Numbered from the stretch's first letter, positions 37,786 through 48,429 are shown. The stretch: 64,000 bases of DNA from Cellvibrionales bacterium (GCA_024639455.1 JAHEIH010000027.1:178822-242821); one strand, 5' to 3'. Translations and numbers: made by a program. The notes: generated by a model from the sequence alone, not told the origin.

Positions 37786-39653
37786 TAGGCAAGACCAGAG
37801 CGATAACGCGTTTTGATAAAGCCTTGTGCGTCGTGCACTACCTCAAAGGCATCTTTAAGGTGGCGCCGTTTAACGTCGGGTAGTTTATCCGGGTCAAGAT
37901 AATTGTCGACGTGGCTAGCCCCCTCGTGCTGGATGGTGGTCGCCATATTTTCCACTCGCAGTTGCATGATGTAGTCAAACGCATCCTGCATATTACGACC
38001 ATCTTTTACCGTCATCACCTTGGCCTTGATCAAGGCGTTAATTCGGTCGGTGGTGTTCACCGCGTTTATGTGGTTGGCCAGCGAGTGGATTCGCATCATA
38101 TCGATAATGGGAATCACGCCGCGCTTTTTAAGATTGAAGCTATCTTTATGCTCGCCGTTGCGCTCTACCACAAAGCGCCTAAATACACCCAGTGGTGGAC
38201 TGTATTGCAATACGTTGTCCGCCAGAGCCGATAGAAAAATACTGTTGCGACTCGTGCGATCAAGCATGTGATTCTGCAACGTCTGTGTCAGTGATTCGTC
38301 GCCGTAGATATGGCGAATATCGAAAAAAATACTGACCCGCATCACCGCATCTGGAGTGGGTTGGTTGGTCCAGCCATCCACGGTGTAACACCAGCCCTTT
38401 AATGGCATACGCCAGGTATCGGTCATGGCCATGATCTTGCCAGGGCAGTAAACGTAACCGCAGGCATCCAAACCATCACAAACGAAGGTGGCAAGCTTTT
38501 TAAAGTAGTCCGCCTGCTCCGGCTTCATACTATCGTGAATGACCATACCGTTATCTTGGTCAGCATTAATCAGCTGCTCTGCCCTGCCCTGGGAGCCGAA
38601 ACCCAACCAAGCAAAAGGCACTGGAGATGGACCTAATTTTTCCTGTCCGAGCTCGATCAAACGCTTTGTGACCGCATCGCTGATGGCAGTAAGGAAATGG
38701 CTAATCTGGTTGGATTTAATACCGGCACCCACCCACTCCGTCATGGTCACGGGCAGACTGTCGACTACCGCGCGCATGGCGTCAATATTCAAGGCCCGAC
38801 TCAGGTGCTGTACTAGATTCACCGGATCATCTTGGCGGGCCAACATCAGGTCGGAGGTGGTGACAATCCCAAGTACCGTGCGATCGTCGCTCGCCGCCAC
38901 AATGGGCAGGTGGTGGATTTTGTTGCGCACCATAAACAAGGTCACGTCAAACACTGTAGCGTCCACATGCATCGCTTTAGGTGCAATGGTCATAATGTCT
39001 TCCACCGGGGTCGTCACGTCTAACCCCTCGGCGACAACCCGGCTCCGAAGATCTCGATCGGTAATGATTCCCACCAACACGCCATCAACAGAAATGAGCC
39101 CAGAAGACACGCGCCGTTCCGACATCACCCTAGCAACGTCTTGGATGGTTTGACTGGGCGTAAAACTGAGCACTTCACGCGTCATTACGCTGTCGACACG
39201 GCGCATCAGATTGTTAGGTTCTGGCGTGTAGCGTGCAGCCCGCCGCAGGCGGCGGTGCAACTGCCGATGGTAGTGGCGGTCAACGTCGCGATGGTTTGAC
39301 GACAATTCCTTAAATATGGCTTCGGGAACCGTGTAAACCAAGGAATCTTCGTAAAGGATGACTGTCAGATCGGGGTTCTCGCGGTACATCTCTGACAAGA
39401 TGTAACTCTCCCCCGCCCCCATACGGTCTAACAGACGCTTATCGTCGGCGATAATATCAATCGCCCCGCTGCGAATGACCCGAAGGTCAGCGGGATTCTT
39501 GGAACCACAAACATGGCCGCGGCGGTAATAATTGATTTCAATATTTTGCGCCACTCGATGCAGAATGGATTCCTGCAGAAGGTCGAAGGGAGGACAGGTC
39601 GCCAAGAATTCGACGACCATCATTAATTCGGGGCTAAGCTCCTGCTCGCTCAC
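37785..39653 (-). CDS. Cyclic-nucleotide-binding + tandem CBS + DUF294 putative nucleotidyltransferase
   Basis: 622 aa. N-terminal cNMP-binding-like region, then CBS pairs (VMTREVLSF..., IMTIAPKAM...), then a nucleotidyltransferase core WLGFGSQGRAEQLINADQDN. GTG start at 39653. Confidence 0.85.
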   Translation of the reverse strand: MSEQELSPELMMVVEFLATCPPFDLLQESILHRVAQNIEINYYRRGHVCGSKNPADLRVIRSGAIDIIADDKRLLDRMGAGESYILSEMYRENPDLTVILYEDSLVYTVPEAIFKELSSNHRDVDRHYHRQLHRRLRRAARYTPEPNNLMRRVDSVMTREVLSFTPSQTIQDVARVMSERRVSSGLISVDGVLVGIITDRDLRSRVVAEGLDVTTPVEDIMTIAPKAMHVDATVFDVTLFMVRNKIHHLPIVAASDDRTVLGIVTTSDLMLARQDDPVNLVQHLSRALNIDAMRAVVDSLPVTMTEWVGAGIKSNQISHFLTAISDAVTKRLIELGQEKLGPSPVPFAWLGFGSQGRAEQLINADQDNGMVIHDSMKPEQADYFKKLATFVCDGLDACGYVYCPGKIMAMTDTWRMPLKGWCYTVDGWTNQPTPDAVMRVSIFFDIRHIYGDESLTQTLQNHMLDRTSRNSIFLSALADNVLQYSPPLGVFRRFVVERNGEHKDSFNLKKRGVIPIIDMMRIHSLANHINAVNTTDRINALIKAKVMTVKDGRNMQDAFDYIMQLRVENMATTIQHEGASHVDNYLDPDKLPDVKRRHLKDAFEVVHDAQGFIKTRYRSGLA

Positions 39654-39658
39654 CAGCG

Positions 39659-40156
39659 TTATTCCTTCCTGAAGTCTTTGTGATACGAGGTTTCGTAATC
39701 GAAAAAGGCAGCAGTGGCTTCACCAAAATACAAGCTATCATTAATCGAAGCGACCACGTGGATCGTTTCGTCCGCCGCGGGGTGATAGTTCAAGGGCGCG
39801 CTCCACTCTAGCGGATTCCCCTCACTCATCACCAGATCCATTGGCAAAGTTTGGTTGGGATCCCCAAAAGCCATCTTTATACCACTTAGCGGCAGCCTCT
39901 TGGAGATAACTTTGACAACACCGTAGCCACTATCCTTGCCTTCCCAAAAAATATCGAATTCCACATCGCCATTAAAAAAACCGCACATGCCACTTTTATG
40001 TAAACAATTTGGGCGCGTAGCCAATTTGTAGTTGGCGCCCTTCTGCGCCACCTGGGGCTTTTCAGCTACCACGTAGTCAACCGCATAATAGGTAATAACC
40101 GCTAAAATTGGCGCGACGATGAATGCCACAATCACGTGTTTGTTGGTAAACAGCAT
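39659..40156 (-). CDS. Hypothetical membrane-anchored protein (165 aa)
   Basis: N-terminal TM helix VIVAFIVAPILAVITYYAV. The stop lies 5 nt before the DUF294 start. I recognise no family. Confidence 0.5.
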   Translation of the reverse strand: MLFTNKHVIVAFIVAPILAVITYYAVDYVVAEKPQVAQKGANYKLATRPNCLHKSGMCGFFNGDVEFDIFWEGKDSGYGVVKVISKRLPLSGIKMAFGDPNQTLPMDLVMSEGNPLEWSAPLNYHPAADETIHVVASINDSLYFGEATAAFFDYETSYHKDFRKE

Positions 40157-40268
40157 AGGTCTCTTCTTCTTGTTGTTGTGATGAAATGGAAAGCCTGACT
40201 ATAGCACGACAAACAGGCGGTTCAGATACGACCTTGGTCAAAGTTAGTGGTTTTTTATTGCTGTGGGA

Positions 40269-40350
40269 CCTTGTTTTAACGTCCGTGCAATCTTGTTTAA
40301 ACAACCGTGGGACCTTGTTCGAAAAACAAGGGGACTGTTCGAAAATCAAC
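40269..40350. repeat. Cluster of related palindromes and direct repeats (half-site TTGTT...AACAA)
   Basis: GTGGGACCTTGTT occurs twice (40263, 40307). Also TTGTTTAAACAA (40293-40304, perfect), CCTTGTTCGAAAAACAAGG (40313-40331) and CTGTTCGAAAATCAAC (40335-40350). Confidence 0.6.
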
Positions 40351-40359
40351 GTAATCCTG

Positions 40360-40460
40360 ATGCTGCCACATACTCAGCCGAACCGCCGAAAATCCATCCA
40401 TGGAGGCTAAACGTCAGCATCCATGCTTCCGATTTTCGGCTTGAGTATGATGACAGCATC
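40360..40460. other. Long imperfect inverted repeat (about 100 nt; potential structured RNA or MITE-like remnant)
   Basis: The left arm GATGCTGCCACATACTCAGCCGAA..GAAAATC pairs with the right arm GATTTTCGGCTTGAGTATGATGACAGCATC. The loop is about 37 nt. Confidence 0.5.
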
Positions 40461-40623
40461 TTGAAACATCGTGCCGCGAAGAGAAAAACATTACCTTGAG
40501 CGTTAACGAGGCAGCTATAACGAAGAAGGGCAAAATGTTGTGGGGAAGTTTACTGTAGTAAATGACTGATCAATATCTTGCCATGATGACGTTAGAGCCA
40601 CTCAGTTAGCTCAACACCCGCCC

Positions 40624-40650
40624 AAAAAAAAGGGCGCCACTGGCGCCCTT
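40624..40650 (-). terminator. Rho-independent terminator after the symporter gene
   Basis: The minus strand reads GGGCGCC-agt-GGCGCCC followed by T8. Confidence 0.85.
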
Positions 40651-40674
40651 CCGACATTATCTAATTATTGCTAA

Positions 40675-42447
40675 TTAGTGGTCTTGTGCAGCCGCCACAC
40701 CAGAAGGTACGCGGATATGCTCAACCATGTCTTGTACGTCTTGCGGTACAGGCTTGGTCATACCAGTCACAATGTTGGCAACGATGAAGTTAACCACAGC
40801 ACCCACGGCGCCGAAGGCATTAGCTTCAATACCAAAGAACCAGTTAGAACCCAAGCTTTCGAGGTATTTCCAGTCACCAACGAACAGGAAGCCTTTGTGC
40901 TGGAACACGTAGAACAGGGTGACTACGATACCTGCGATCATGCCGGCAATAGCGCCTTCTTTGTTAATGCGCTTGCTGAAGATACCCATCATCAACGCGG
41001 GGAAGATAGATGAGGCCGCCAGACCGAAGGCCAATGCCACAGTACCCGCCGCGAAGCCTGGAGGATTAAGACCGAGGTAACCTGCCACCATAATGGCACC
41101 GGCCATGGCAATACGGCTGTACATCAACTCAGACTTTTCATCCAGATCAGGTCTGAAAACACCTTTCATCAAATCGTGAGAAATTGATGAAGAGATCGCC
41201 AACAACAGGCCCGCTGCTGTAGACAATGCCGCTGCCAGACCACCGGCCGCTACCAGAGCGATAACCCAGTTAGGCAGTTGCGCGATTTCGGGGTTAGCCA
41301 ATACCAAGATGTCGTTATCCACTTTCAGCTCGTTGCCTGCCCAGCCTTTTTCGGCTGCCAGTGCTTGGCCAGCTGCAGATTTGTCATTGTAGTATTGGAT
41401 TTTGCCGTCGCCGTTCTTATCTTCAAACTTCAACAGACCGGTTTTTTCCCAGTTAGAGAACCAAGCAGGTGCATCTGCATACGCCAGGTTTTCACCGGTA
41501 GCAGCAGGCTGGATGGTTTCGTGCAGGTTCAAGCGAGCCATAGCTGCAACTGCAGGAGCAGTGGTGTACAGAATCGCGATGAATACCAGCGCCCAACCCG
41601 CTGAAGAACGTGCGTCCTTAACAGTTGGTACAGTGAAGAAGCGGATAATGACGTGGGGCAGACCCGCGGTACCGATCATCAGAGACATGGTGTATACGAA
41701 CATATTCAAAGTGCTCAGACGAGGACCCGTGGTGTAGTTCGCAAAACCGAGGTCGGTAACCACCTGGTCAAGGCGAACCAACAGTGGTGTGCCGTCAGCC
41801 AGTGAACCACCCAGACCCAATTGGGGCAGAGGGTTGCCAGTCAGTTGCAGCGAGATGAAGATCGCAGGAATGGTGTACGCCAGAATCAGTACACAGTATT
41901 GAGCGATCTGAGTGTAAGTAATACCTTTCATACCACCGAATACCGCGTAAATGAATACGATGGTCATACCAATGTACAGACCTGTATCGTAATCAACTTC
42001 GAGGAAGCGAGAGAACGCTACACCCACACCTTTCATCTGACCAATAACATAGGTCACTGAAACGATGATCAAACATACTACTGCTACAACGCGAGCAGTG
42101 TTTGAGTAGTAGCGGTCGCCGATGAACTCAGGCACGGTAAACTTGCCGAACTTACGCAGGTAAGGAGCAAGTAACATTGCCAGAATTACATAGCCGCCGG
42201 TCCAGCCCATCAAGAACACAGAACCGCCGTTACCGCCGTATGACATAGCGATCAAGCCAGCCATTGAAATGAATGATGCTGCTGACATCCAGTCAGCCGC
42301 CGTTGCCATACCGTTAGCTACGGGGTTAATACCGCCGCCAGCGACATAGAACTCTTTGGTTGAGCCCGCTTTGGCCCAGATCGCAATACCGATGTATAGG
42401 GCGAAGGTAAAGCCCACAACGATATAGGTGATTGTTTGCAGATCCAT
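40675..42447 (-). CDS. Sodium:solute symporter, VC_2705 subfamily (ActP-related cation/acetate symporter-like)
   Basis: 590 aa SSS-family polytopic protein. It is paired with the upstream DUF4212 small subunit. Confidence 0.88.
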   Translation of the reverse strand: MDLQTITYIVVGFTFALYIGIAIWAKAGSTKEFYVAGGGINPVANGMATAADWMSAASFISMAGLIAMSYGGNGGSVFLMGWTGGYVILAMLLAPYLRKFGKFTVPEFIGDRYYSNTARVVAVVCLIIVSVTYVIGQMKGVGVAFSRFLEVDYDTGLYIGMTIVFIYAVFGGMKGITYTQIAQYCVLILAYTIPAIFISLQLTGNPLPQLGLGGSLADGTPLLVRLDQVVTDLGFANYTTGPRLSTLNMFVYTMSLMIGTAGLPHVIIRFFTVPTVKDARSSAGWALVFIAILYTTAPAVAAMARLNLHETIQPAATGENLAYADAPAWFSNWEKTGLLKFEDKNGDGKIQYYNDKSAAGQALAAEKGWAGNELKVDNDILVLANPEIAQLPNWVIALVAAGGLAAALSTAAGLLLAISSSISHDLMKGVFRPDLDEKSELMYSRIAMAGAIMVAGYLGLNPPGFAAGTVALAFGLAASSIFPALMMGIFSKRINKEGAIAGMIAGIVVTLFYVFQHKGFLFVGDWKYLESLGSNWFFGIEANAFGAVGAVVNFIVANIVTGMTKPVPQDVQDMVEHIRVPSGVAAAQDH

Positions 42448-42457
42448 GATTATTCTC

Positions 42458-42724
42458 CTATTCGCCGTCTACGCCGTATTTAGCGTCCAATTTCCCCATC
42501 GCCTTGGCGTAGTAGAAAATCAAAATCAAGAACGCATAAATAGAACCTTGTTGTGCGAACCAGAAGCCCAACTTGTATCCACCGATCTGGATAGTGTTGA
42601 GAACATCTGCCAGTAAGATGCCGCATCCGAAAGAAACAACAAACCAAATGACCATTAATTTGATCATCAGGCTGACGTTTTCCGACCAATATGCCTTGGC
42701 GTCGTCTTCACTCTTGAAAGCCAT
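42458..42724 (-). CDS. DUF4212 small membrane protein (putative solute:sodium symporter small subunit)
   Basis: 88 aa with two TM helices. The stop lies 10 nt before the symporter start, which is the characteristic pairing. Confidence 0.8.
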   Translation of the reverse strand: MAFKSEDDAKAYWSENVSLMIKLMVIWFVVSFGCGILLADVLNTIQIGGYKLGFWFAQQGSIYAFLILIFYYAKAMGKLDAKYGVDGE

Positions 42725-42795
42725 GGTAGACCCTCCATTTATTAATATTATTTAATGATGTGGCCGGGGATTAGCCGGCCGTGTAACGTAAAGTC

Positions 42796-43893
42796 TTACA
42801 AGCCGAACTTAACCATCAACTGCAGGTACTTAGAGCTGTCGTTTCTGTCACCATCGCTAACAGTGTAACGACCTACTTCTACACCACCGGTAATACCGGG
42901 AGCGATAGTAGTCATGACGTTGGCGCCAAAGTGGCTGCGCGAACGATCTGATTCATCACCTTCCATGCCGCCGTAGTAGACGTTGGTGCGCCAGCCATCA
43001 CCCATCACGTGACGGTAAGCAATGGTGTATGCGATGGTTGAATCCATTTCCATGTCACCGTCGCCATCGAAGTCTGCCATTTCAACGCCTTGACCAGCGC
43101 CGATGTAGCGGCCCCACTCACCCACGTTCAACTGCATGCGTACGTCGTCTTGACCGAACTTCAATTTCGCTGCCGCACCGAAGGCTTTTGCTACGTGGTC
43201 TTTGCCGCCAACAGATACGTTGCGCACAATAGCGTTAGCTTGGACGTTACCCCAGTCACCTTTAGTAGCGTATGAACCAATGAAATCAGGGATTGATTCG
43301 TCTGGGTTAGAAGACGTGGTACCTGCACCGTTTGAACGAGTAGCGATAACACCGCCGGCGTAGGTTTCGGGGTTTTCAACCGAGAACGACCAGTTACCAC
43401 TGGTGTAGCTGATTTGAGGCTGACGAACAAACACTTGACCAACCAGAGGACCCGCAAAGTCAATGGCTTCAGGGATGGCGATCAGGTTAACCGCTTTTGA
43501 CCACGCTTGACCTACTTTCCAGCCGTTGTAGCTGATGAAAGCCTGACGCAGACGCAGTTTTTCTGAGTTAGATACCACTTCGTTGCCGTCAGAGGCACCG
43601 TACAGGTCGAAGCCCACGTAGGCAGTGACACCATTGCGCTTGTAGGTAGTGGTCAAACGAGACTCTTTCATTGAGAAAGCCGTCTGAGAAAAATCGCCAG
43701 CAGCGCTTGCTTGGCTGCGCCAGTAATCAGTGTAAGGCAGGTCACCAGACACGTGACGCATATCCATTTTGATGTAACCGCCGAATGAAATGCTGCCTTG
43801 ATCTCCCAGATCCACAGTAAATGCCGCCATAGATGGAGCAGCAAAGGCTAAGGCTACCGCACCTGCGAGCAAGCTTTTCTGTACTGTTTTCAT
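42796..43893 (-). CDS. Outer-membrane porin (possibly DcaP-like)
   Basis: Signal peptide ...AFAAPSMA/AF. Beta-strand-rich. LRQAFISYNGWKVGQAWS segment. 365 aa. Confidence 0.65.
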   Translation of the reverse strand: MKTVQKSLLAGAVALAFAAPSMAAFTVDLGDQGSISFGGYIKMDMRHVSGDLPYTDYWRSQASAAGDFSQTAFSMKESRLTTTYKRNGVTAYVGFDLYGASDGNEVVSNSEKLRLRQAFISYNGWKVGQAWSKAVNLIAIPEAIDFAGPLVGQVFVRQPQISYTSGNWSFSVENPETYAGGVIATRSNGAGTTSSNPDESIPDFIGSYATKGDWGNVQANAIVRNVSVGGKDHVAKAFGAAAKLKFGQDDVRMQLNVGEWGRYIGAGQGVEMADFDGDGDMEMDSTIAYTIAYRHVMGDGWRTNVYYGGMEGDESDRSRSHFGANVMTTIAPGITGGVEVGRYTVSDGDRNDSSKYLQLMVKFGL

Positions 43894-44089
43894 GTTTTTC
43901 CCCTCGTGAGAATTATTGTTTCTTTTGGTTATTACCGAGGCTTAGACTGCAACATGAGGACTTGTAAACCTATTAGCCATTAGTCTATATTCGACCAAAG
44001 TCTAACCAGATGTCGACAAGGCTTTCAGAACCAGATAGATCGTGCCATCATAAGCATGCTTACAAAACGATAAAAATGGAGTTACCCTT

Positions 44090-44755
44090 TTGCCTAACCC
44101 CGCAAAACTTGTCATTGCCGATGATCACCCGCTGTTTAGGGTGGCGCTTACGCAGACCATTGCACAACACAACCGCGATGACTCTCAGATTCTCGAGGCA
44201 TCTGACATCAGTGCGCTGCAGGACATCTGCCAGCGAGAGGACAACATTCAACTGGTGTTATTAGATCTACACATCCCCGGCGCCAAGGGCTTAAGTGGTC
44301 TCATTTATTTGGTGAACAACTTCCCCCAAATTCCGGTCATGATGATCTCGGCCAACGATGGCGACGACATTATCGGCAAAGCGATAAGCCAGGGCGCGGC
44401 GGGGTTCTTATCTAAAAGTGCTGAACCGGCGGAAATTGCTCGCGCCTTGGACGTCGTCAAAATGGGAGACATCTACCTGCCACCGCACTGCAACGTCGAT
44501 TTACAAGCCCTGGATGAAGTAGAAGACACAGACATCAGCCAACTGATGTCGCAACTGACACCACAGCAGTTTAAAGTCGCCGTGATGTTGGCCGAAGGCC
44601 TGCTCAACAAGCAAATCGCTTACGAACTGAACGTGACCGAAGCCACCGTTAAGGCGCACGTGACTGAAATTTTCCGCAAACTCGGCGTGAGTTCACGCAC
44701 CCAAGCGGTACTGATGATCAGCCAACTCGATATTCAAGCGCCCAGTTTGAGCTAG
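44090..44755 (+). CDS. LuxR/NarL-family response regulator (CrbR-like)
   Basis: REC domain (VIADDHPLF...LLDLHIPG) plus the C-terminal helix-turn-helix LLNKQIAYELNVTEATVKAHVTEIFRKLGV. TTG start. Confidence 0.8.
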   Translation: MPNPAKLVIADDHPLFRVALTQTIAQHNRDDSQILEASDISALQDICQREDNIQLVLLDLHIPGAKGLSGLIYLVNNFPQIPVMMISANDGDDIIGKAISQGAAGFLSKSAEPAEIARALDVVKMGDIYLPPHCNVDLQALDEVEDTDISQLMSQLTPQQFKVAVMLAEGLLNKQIAYELNVTEATVKAHVTEIFRKLGVSSRTQAVLMISQLDIQAPSLS

Positions 44756-47700
44756 GCGCGCTTACTCTGGCGAATCAAGCCACGCATAGTGGCGCGCAGT
44801 GATGCGGCCGGCACCGGCTTGGACAAATAATGAATCCCCAACTGTTTAACGTGCTCGCGCACCGCTTCGCTGTCGTCCGCTGAAATCACAATTGACGGCA
44901 GCGCAACCTTCCAGTGCAGTCGCAAGGTCTCCACCAACGCGGTACCCAACTCACCATCGTCTAGGTGATAGTCCACGATGATCATGTCAGGCGGTGACGA
45001 TAACGTCCAATTTTCAAGCGATTCGCGCAAGTTAGCCGCCGTGACTACGTGACAGCCCCACTGCTCCAACAAAGCACGCATACCACGCACAATGTGCATT
45101 TCGTTGTCTACACACAACACTGTTACCCCAGCAAGATCACCCATGACCTTGGGTTTAGGTGATTGTTTCGCTACTGCCTGGCCATAGGGCACGTCGATAG
45201 CAAACATCGAGCCATTGCCAAGCTCACTTACGACAACCACTTCATGGCCCAACACCTGGGCGATACGCTGCGATATCGACAGCCCTAAGCCAAGGCCCTT
45301 TTGGCCTTCGATGTTGCGGGTATCAGACAGGCGCTCAAACTCTTTAAAAATTCGCTGCATGGCGTCGCCGGGGATACCAGGACCGGTGTCGATAACCTGA
45401 ATTTGCAGACCACCTTTACGGCGGCGACAACCAAATAAGATTCTCCCGCTGTTGGTGTAGCGCACCGCATTGGCAAGGAAATTTTGCAGCACGCGTCTCA
45501 GCAGCGCGGGATCGGAATACACCCAAGCCTTGCTAGACACATAGTCCAGTTGCAGACCCTTTTGTTCGGCAAACAACGCAAACTCTCGGGTCAGGGTTTT
45601 CATCAACTCGTCGATGCTAAAGTTTTCTCGCTTGGCACTGAGCTTGCCCGAATCCAAACGCGCCATTTCGCGCAGCGCATTGATCAAGTTCTCTGCGCCC
45701 GACAGCGCGTCGTCGATATGGCTTACTTCCTCTCGCAGCGTATCTGCCGCCGTCACTTCGGGGCGCGCCTGCACTGCACTGACAAATAAACGCGCTGCAT
45801 TAATCGGCTGCAGTAAGTCGTGGCTCGCGGCGGCAAGAAACTGCGTTTTAGACGCGTAGGCTTCGTTGAGCTCTTTCTCTAACCTCGCCCGCAGCTTGTT
45901 TTCTTCTCGCATCGACTCGTTAGCGGCGGAAAGCGCCTGTGTGCGCTCCTGCACCCGCTGCTCTAGCATGGCCTTGGCGCGCTCTAGTTCATCCAAAACA
46001 TTGCGGTAGTCGGAAATATCGGTGTACGTTGTCACATAACCGCCATCACCCAGCGGGGTACCCCGAATCTCTACCACCGCCCCATTGGGCAATTCGCGTT
46101 CAATACGGTAGGCGTCACCCGCTTTCAACAAATTGAGTCGTTTGCTTACTAGCACCTCTACATCGTCGTGGTCACTGCCCAACATGCCTCGACCGGCGTT
46201 AAATTTGTAGACGCGATCGATGGGGCATCCGACATAAAGCAGCCGCGGCGGGAAGTTAAACATACGCTCATACTGCTTATTCCACGCCATCAAGTTGAGC
46301 TCTTTATCTACCACCGAAATACCCTGCGGCATATTCTCTAACGTGGTCTGCAGCAGGTCCTGCGAGAAGCGAGCCACGCGGTTACTACCGCCGATAAAGC
46401 TGACAAAATCTTCGATTTGCATCGGCTCTTGGCGACGCAACAGCTCAATGACTCGGTGGGCTGAAACCGCACCGATAATCCTCGCCAAGCTGGTCTCGAC
46501 ATCTTGCACCACAAAGCGAGGCACTTTGTCGTGTGGAAGTAACCGGTGCCCTAAGCGCTGTTCAAAATCATTCCAAAGATTGCCGCTGCGGGTTTCACCC
46601 AGAAGTGGGTCGAGTACGGCTTGCAACTGGCGGCTTTCAATCGAGGTTAACTCAAAATCCTGCTGGCGGAAGTTAAACTGCGAACGTAAATTAGTGAAGG
46701 CCTCGGCTTGGCGGAAGTCCAAGGTGTTAAAACGGCTGCGGCGTGACAACCAATAAAACACCGACACATTCACGACTAAACTCCAGAACACACCATGGGT
46801 TAAGGGGTCTAGGAAGGATAATCCAAACAATTTATAGGGTGCCAACATCGCCACCCCCCAAGGGCCATCGGTCATCAATGTATGATGTGGGCCGAGGAAG
46901 GCGGGAATAAACAACGTATACGCCCACACCAAAATACCGAACAACATACCCCACAACACCCCGTTGCGGTGCGCGCCTGGCCAATACAGACCGGCCACAA
47001 TAGCGGGCATAAACTGTGCAGCGGCAGCAAAACTGATCAAACCTAGAGACGCCAAGCCGCCGGGCAACTGTAGTGACGTTTCCGCCCACCAAGCGAGCAC
47101 CATCACCACCACGATGGTCACGCGGCGCACCATGCGCAAGTCACCGGCCATACGGCGCGGCAAGTTACCGCGACGCCCGAGGTTAAGCAGCAGTGGCACG
47201 ACTAGCTCGTTGGATATCATGATGGACAGCGTCACACTCGCCACCACGATCATGCCCGTCGCGGCAGACAAGCCACCAATGAAAGCAATGGCCGCAAGAT
47301 TGTTTTCACCTACAAACATCGGCAGTTGAAGTACGTAAAGATCCGAGGGCACTGACGTCCCCACAAAAAAGTGCGACCCCGCCACCGCAATCGGCATTAC
47401 CATGAGAGAAAAGATCACCAAATACATAGGAAATGCCCAGCGCGCGGTGCGGATATCGCGCCGGGTGTGGGGCTCTACCACCATCACGTGAAACTGTCTA
47501 GGCAGACAAACAATAGCAATCATGGCCAGAACGGTTTGAGTAATAAACGTTGAGCTTGGCAATTTATCGGTGGCAGAAAAATAACGCGAGATATCCGACA
47601 CCGGGTTAGGGAGCAATTGCCACGCCATCACCCCCACCGCAACGAAGGCGCCCAACTTGACCACTGACTCGACGGCCACCGCAGAAATAAGACCGCGCAT

Positions 47701-48258
47701 TCTATTATTGGTATCAGTCACACGAGTACCAAACAGAATCGCGAACCACGCCATCACTATCGCACTAATAAAGCTGGTACCCGAACCCACCCGCAAGACT
47801 TCGCCAGGGGGCGTGTCGATAGCCGCCCATGCCAGTGATACCGCACGCAATTGCAAGGCAATGTAGGGTAAGGTGCCCACCACAGCAATAATGGTCACAA
47901 GTGACGCCAATACTTGTCGTTTACCGAAGCGTGAGCCGACGAAGTCGGCTATAGAGGTCACCTTGTTACGGTTGCTGAAGATCAATAGCCGACGCAGAAA
48001 TGGCCAGCCGAGCAGAAAGAGCAAGATGGGACCGAGGTAAATGGCGAAGTAACCCCAACCGTTGTTAGCCGCCACCCCCACCGCGCCAAAGAAGGTCCAT
48101 GAGGTACAATACACGGCCAACGACAAGCTGTAGACAGCTCGCCCCATCCATCGCGGAGGTCGCTTGACACGCTCCGCTCGCGCCGCCGCCAGAAACAAGC
48201 CACCGGCATAGAGAAACGCCAGCAGAATAAGGTAGTTGGTCTGCATGTATTGCAGCAT
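44752..48258 (-). CDS. Hybrid sensor kinase with an N-terminal SSS-transporter-like domain (CrbS/CbrA-like): SLC5-like TM domain, PAS, HisKA, HATPase, REC
   Basis: 1168 aa. About 500 aa of TM region, an H-box [12 protein letters not shown], an ATPase region with a G-box (DTGPGIP...GLGLGLSI), and a C-terminal REC (VLCVDNE...[10 protein letters not shown]). Confidence 0.85.
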   Translation of the reverse strand: MLQYMQTNYLILLAFLYAGGLFLAAARAERVKRPPRWMGRAVYSLSLAVYCTSWTFFGAVGVAANNGWGYFAIYLGPILLFLLGWPFLRRLLIFSNRNKVTSIADFVGSRFGKRQVLASLVTIIAVVGTLPYIALQLRAVSLAWAAIDTPPGEVLRVGSGTSFISAIVMAWFAILFGTRVTDTNNRMRGLISAVAVESVVKLGAFVAVGVMAWQLLPNPVSDISRYFSATDKLPSSTFITQTVLAMIAIVCLPRQFHVMVVEPHTRRDIRTARWAFPMYLVIFSLMVMPIAVAGSHFFVGTSVPSDLYVLQLPMFVGENNLAAIAFIGGLSAATGMIVVASVTLSIMISNELVVPLLLNLGRRGNLPRRMAGDLRMVRRVTIVVVMVLAWWAETSLQLPGGLASLGLISFAAAAQFMPAIVAGLYWPGAHRNGVLWGMLFGILVWAYTLFIPAFLGPHHTLMTDGPWGVAMLAPYKLFGLSFLDPLTHGVFWSLVVNVSVFYWLSRRSRFNTLDFRQAEAFTNLRSQFNFRQQDFELTSIESRQLQAVLDPLLGETRSGNLWNDFEQRLGHRLLPHDKVPRFVVQDVETSLARIIGAVSAHRVIELLRRQEPMQIEDFVSFIGGSNRVARFSQDLLQTTLENMPQGISVVDKELNLMAWNKQYERMFNFPPRLLYVGCPIDRVYKFNAGRGMLGSDHDDVEVLVSKRLNLLKAGDAYRIERELPNGAVVEIRGTPLGDGGYVTTYTDISDYRNVLDELERAKAMLEQRVQERTQALSAANESMREENKLRARLEKELNEAYASKTQFLAAASHDLLQPINAARLFVSAVQARPEVTAADTLREEVSHIDDALSGAENLINALREMARLDSGKLSAKRENFSIDELMKTLTREFALFAEQKGLQLDYVSSKAWVYSDPALLRRVLQNFLANAVRYTNSGRILFGCRRRKGGLQIQVIDTGPGIPGDAMQRIFKEFERLSDTRNIEGQKGLGLGLSISQRIAQVLGHEVVVVSELGNGSMFAIDVPYGQAVAKQSPKPKVMGDLAGVTVLCVDNEMHIVRGMRALLEQWGCHVVTAANLRESLENWTLSSPPDMIIVDYHLDDGELGTALVETLRLHWKVALPSIVISADDSEAVREHVKQLGIHYLSKPVPAASLRATMRGLIRQSKRA

Positions 48259-48429
48259 GGGTGGACATCCTTATTTTTTCTAGCACTTTACCACTTGCGC
48301 TACGGCCTGCGTAGCCCCAGGAGCATTGCATTTTTAGAAATGTTAAGTTTCGAATATTTCATTTTACGCAACAAAGTAAACCCCTTAGAATGCCACCCAC
48401 GTTTTATAAATCACTATATGGAGTACCCC

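Noticed and set aside
40186-40499. Small ORFs (74-90 aa) in the structured intergenic region upstream of the 165-aa gene
   Set aside because: They overlap one another in different frames and run through the palindromes and the hairpin. They have no RBS, so the region is better explained as regulatory or RNA-structural.
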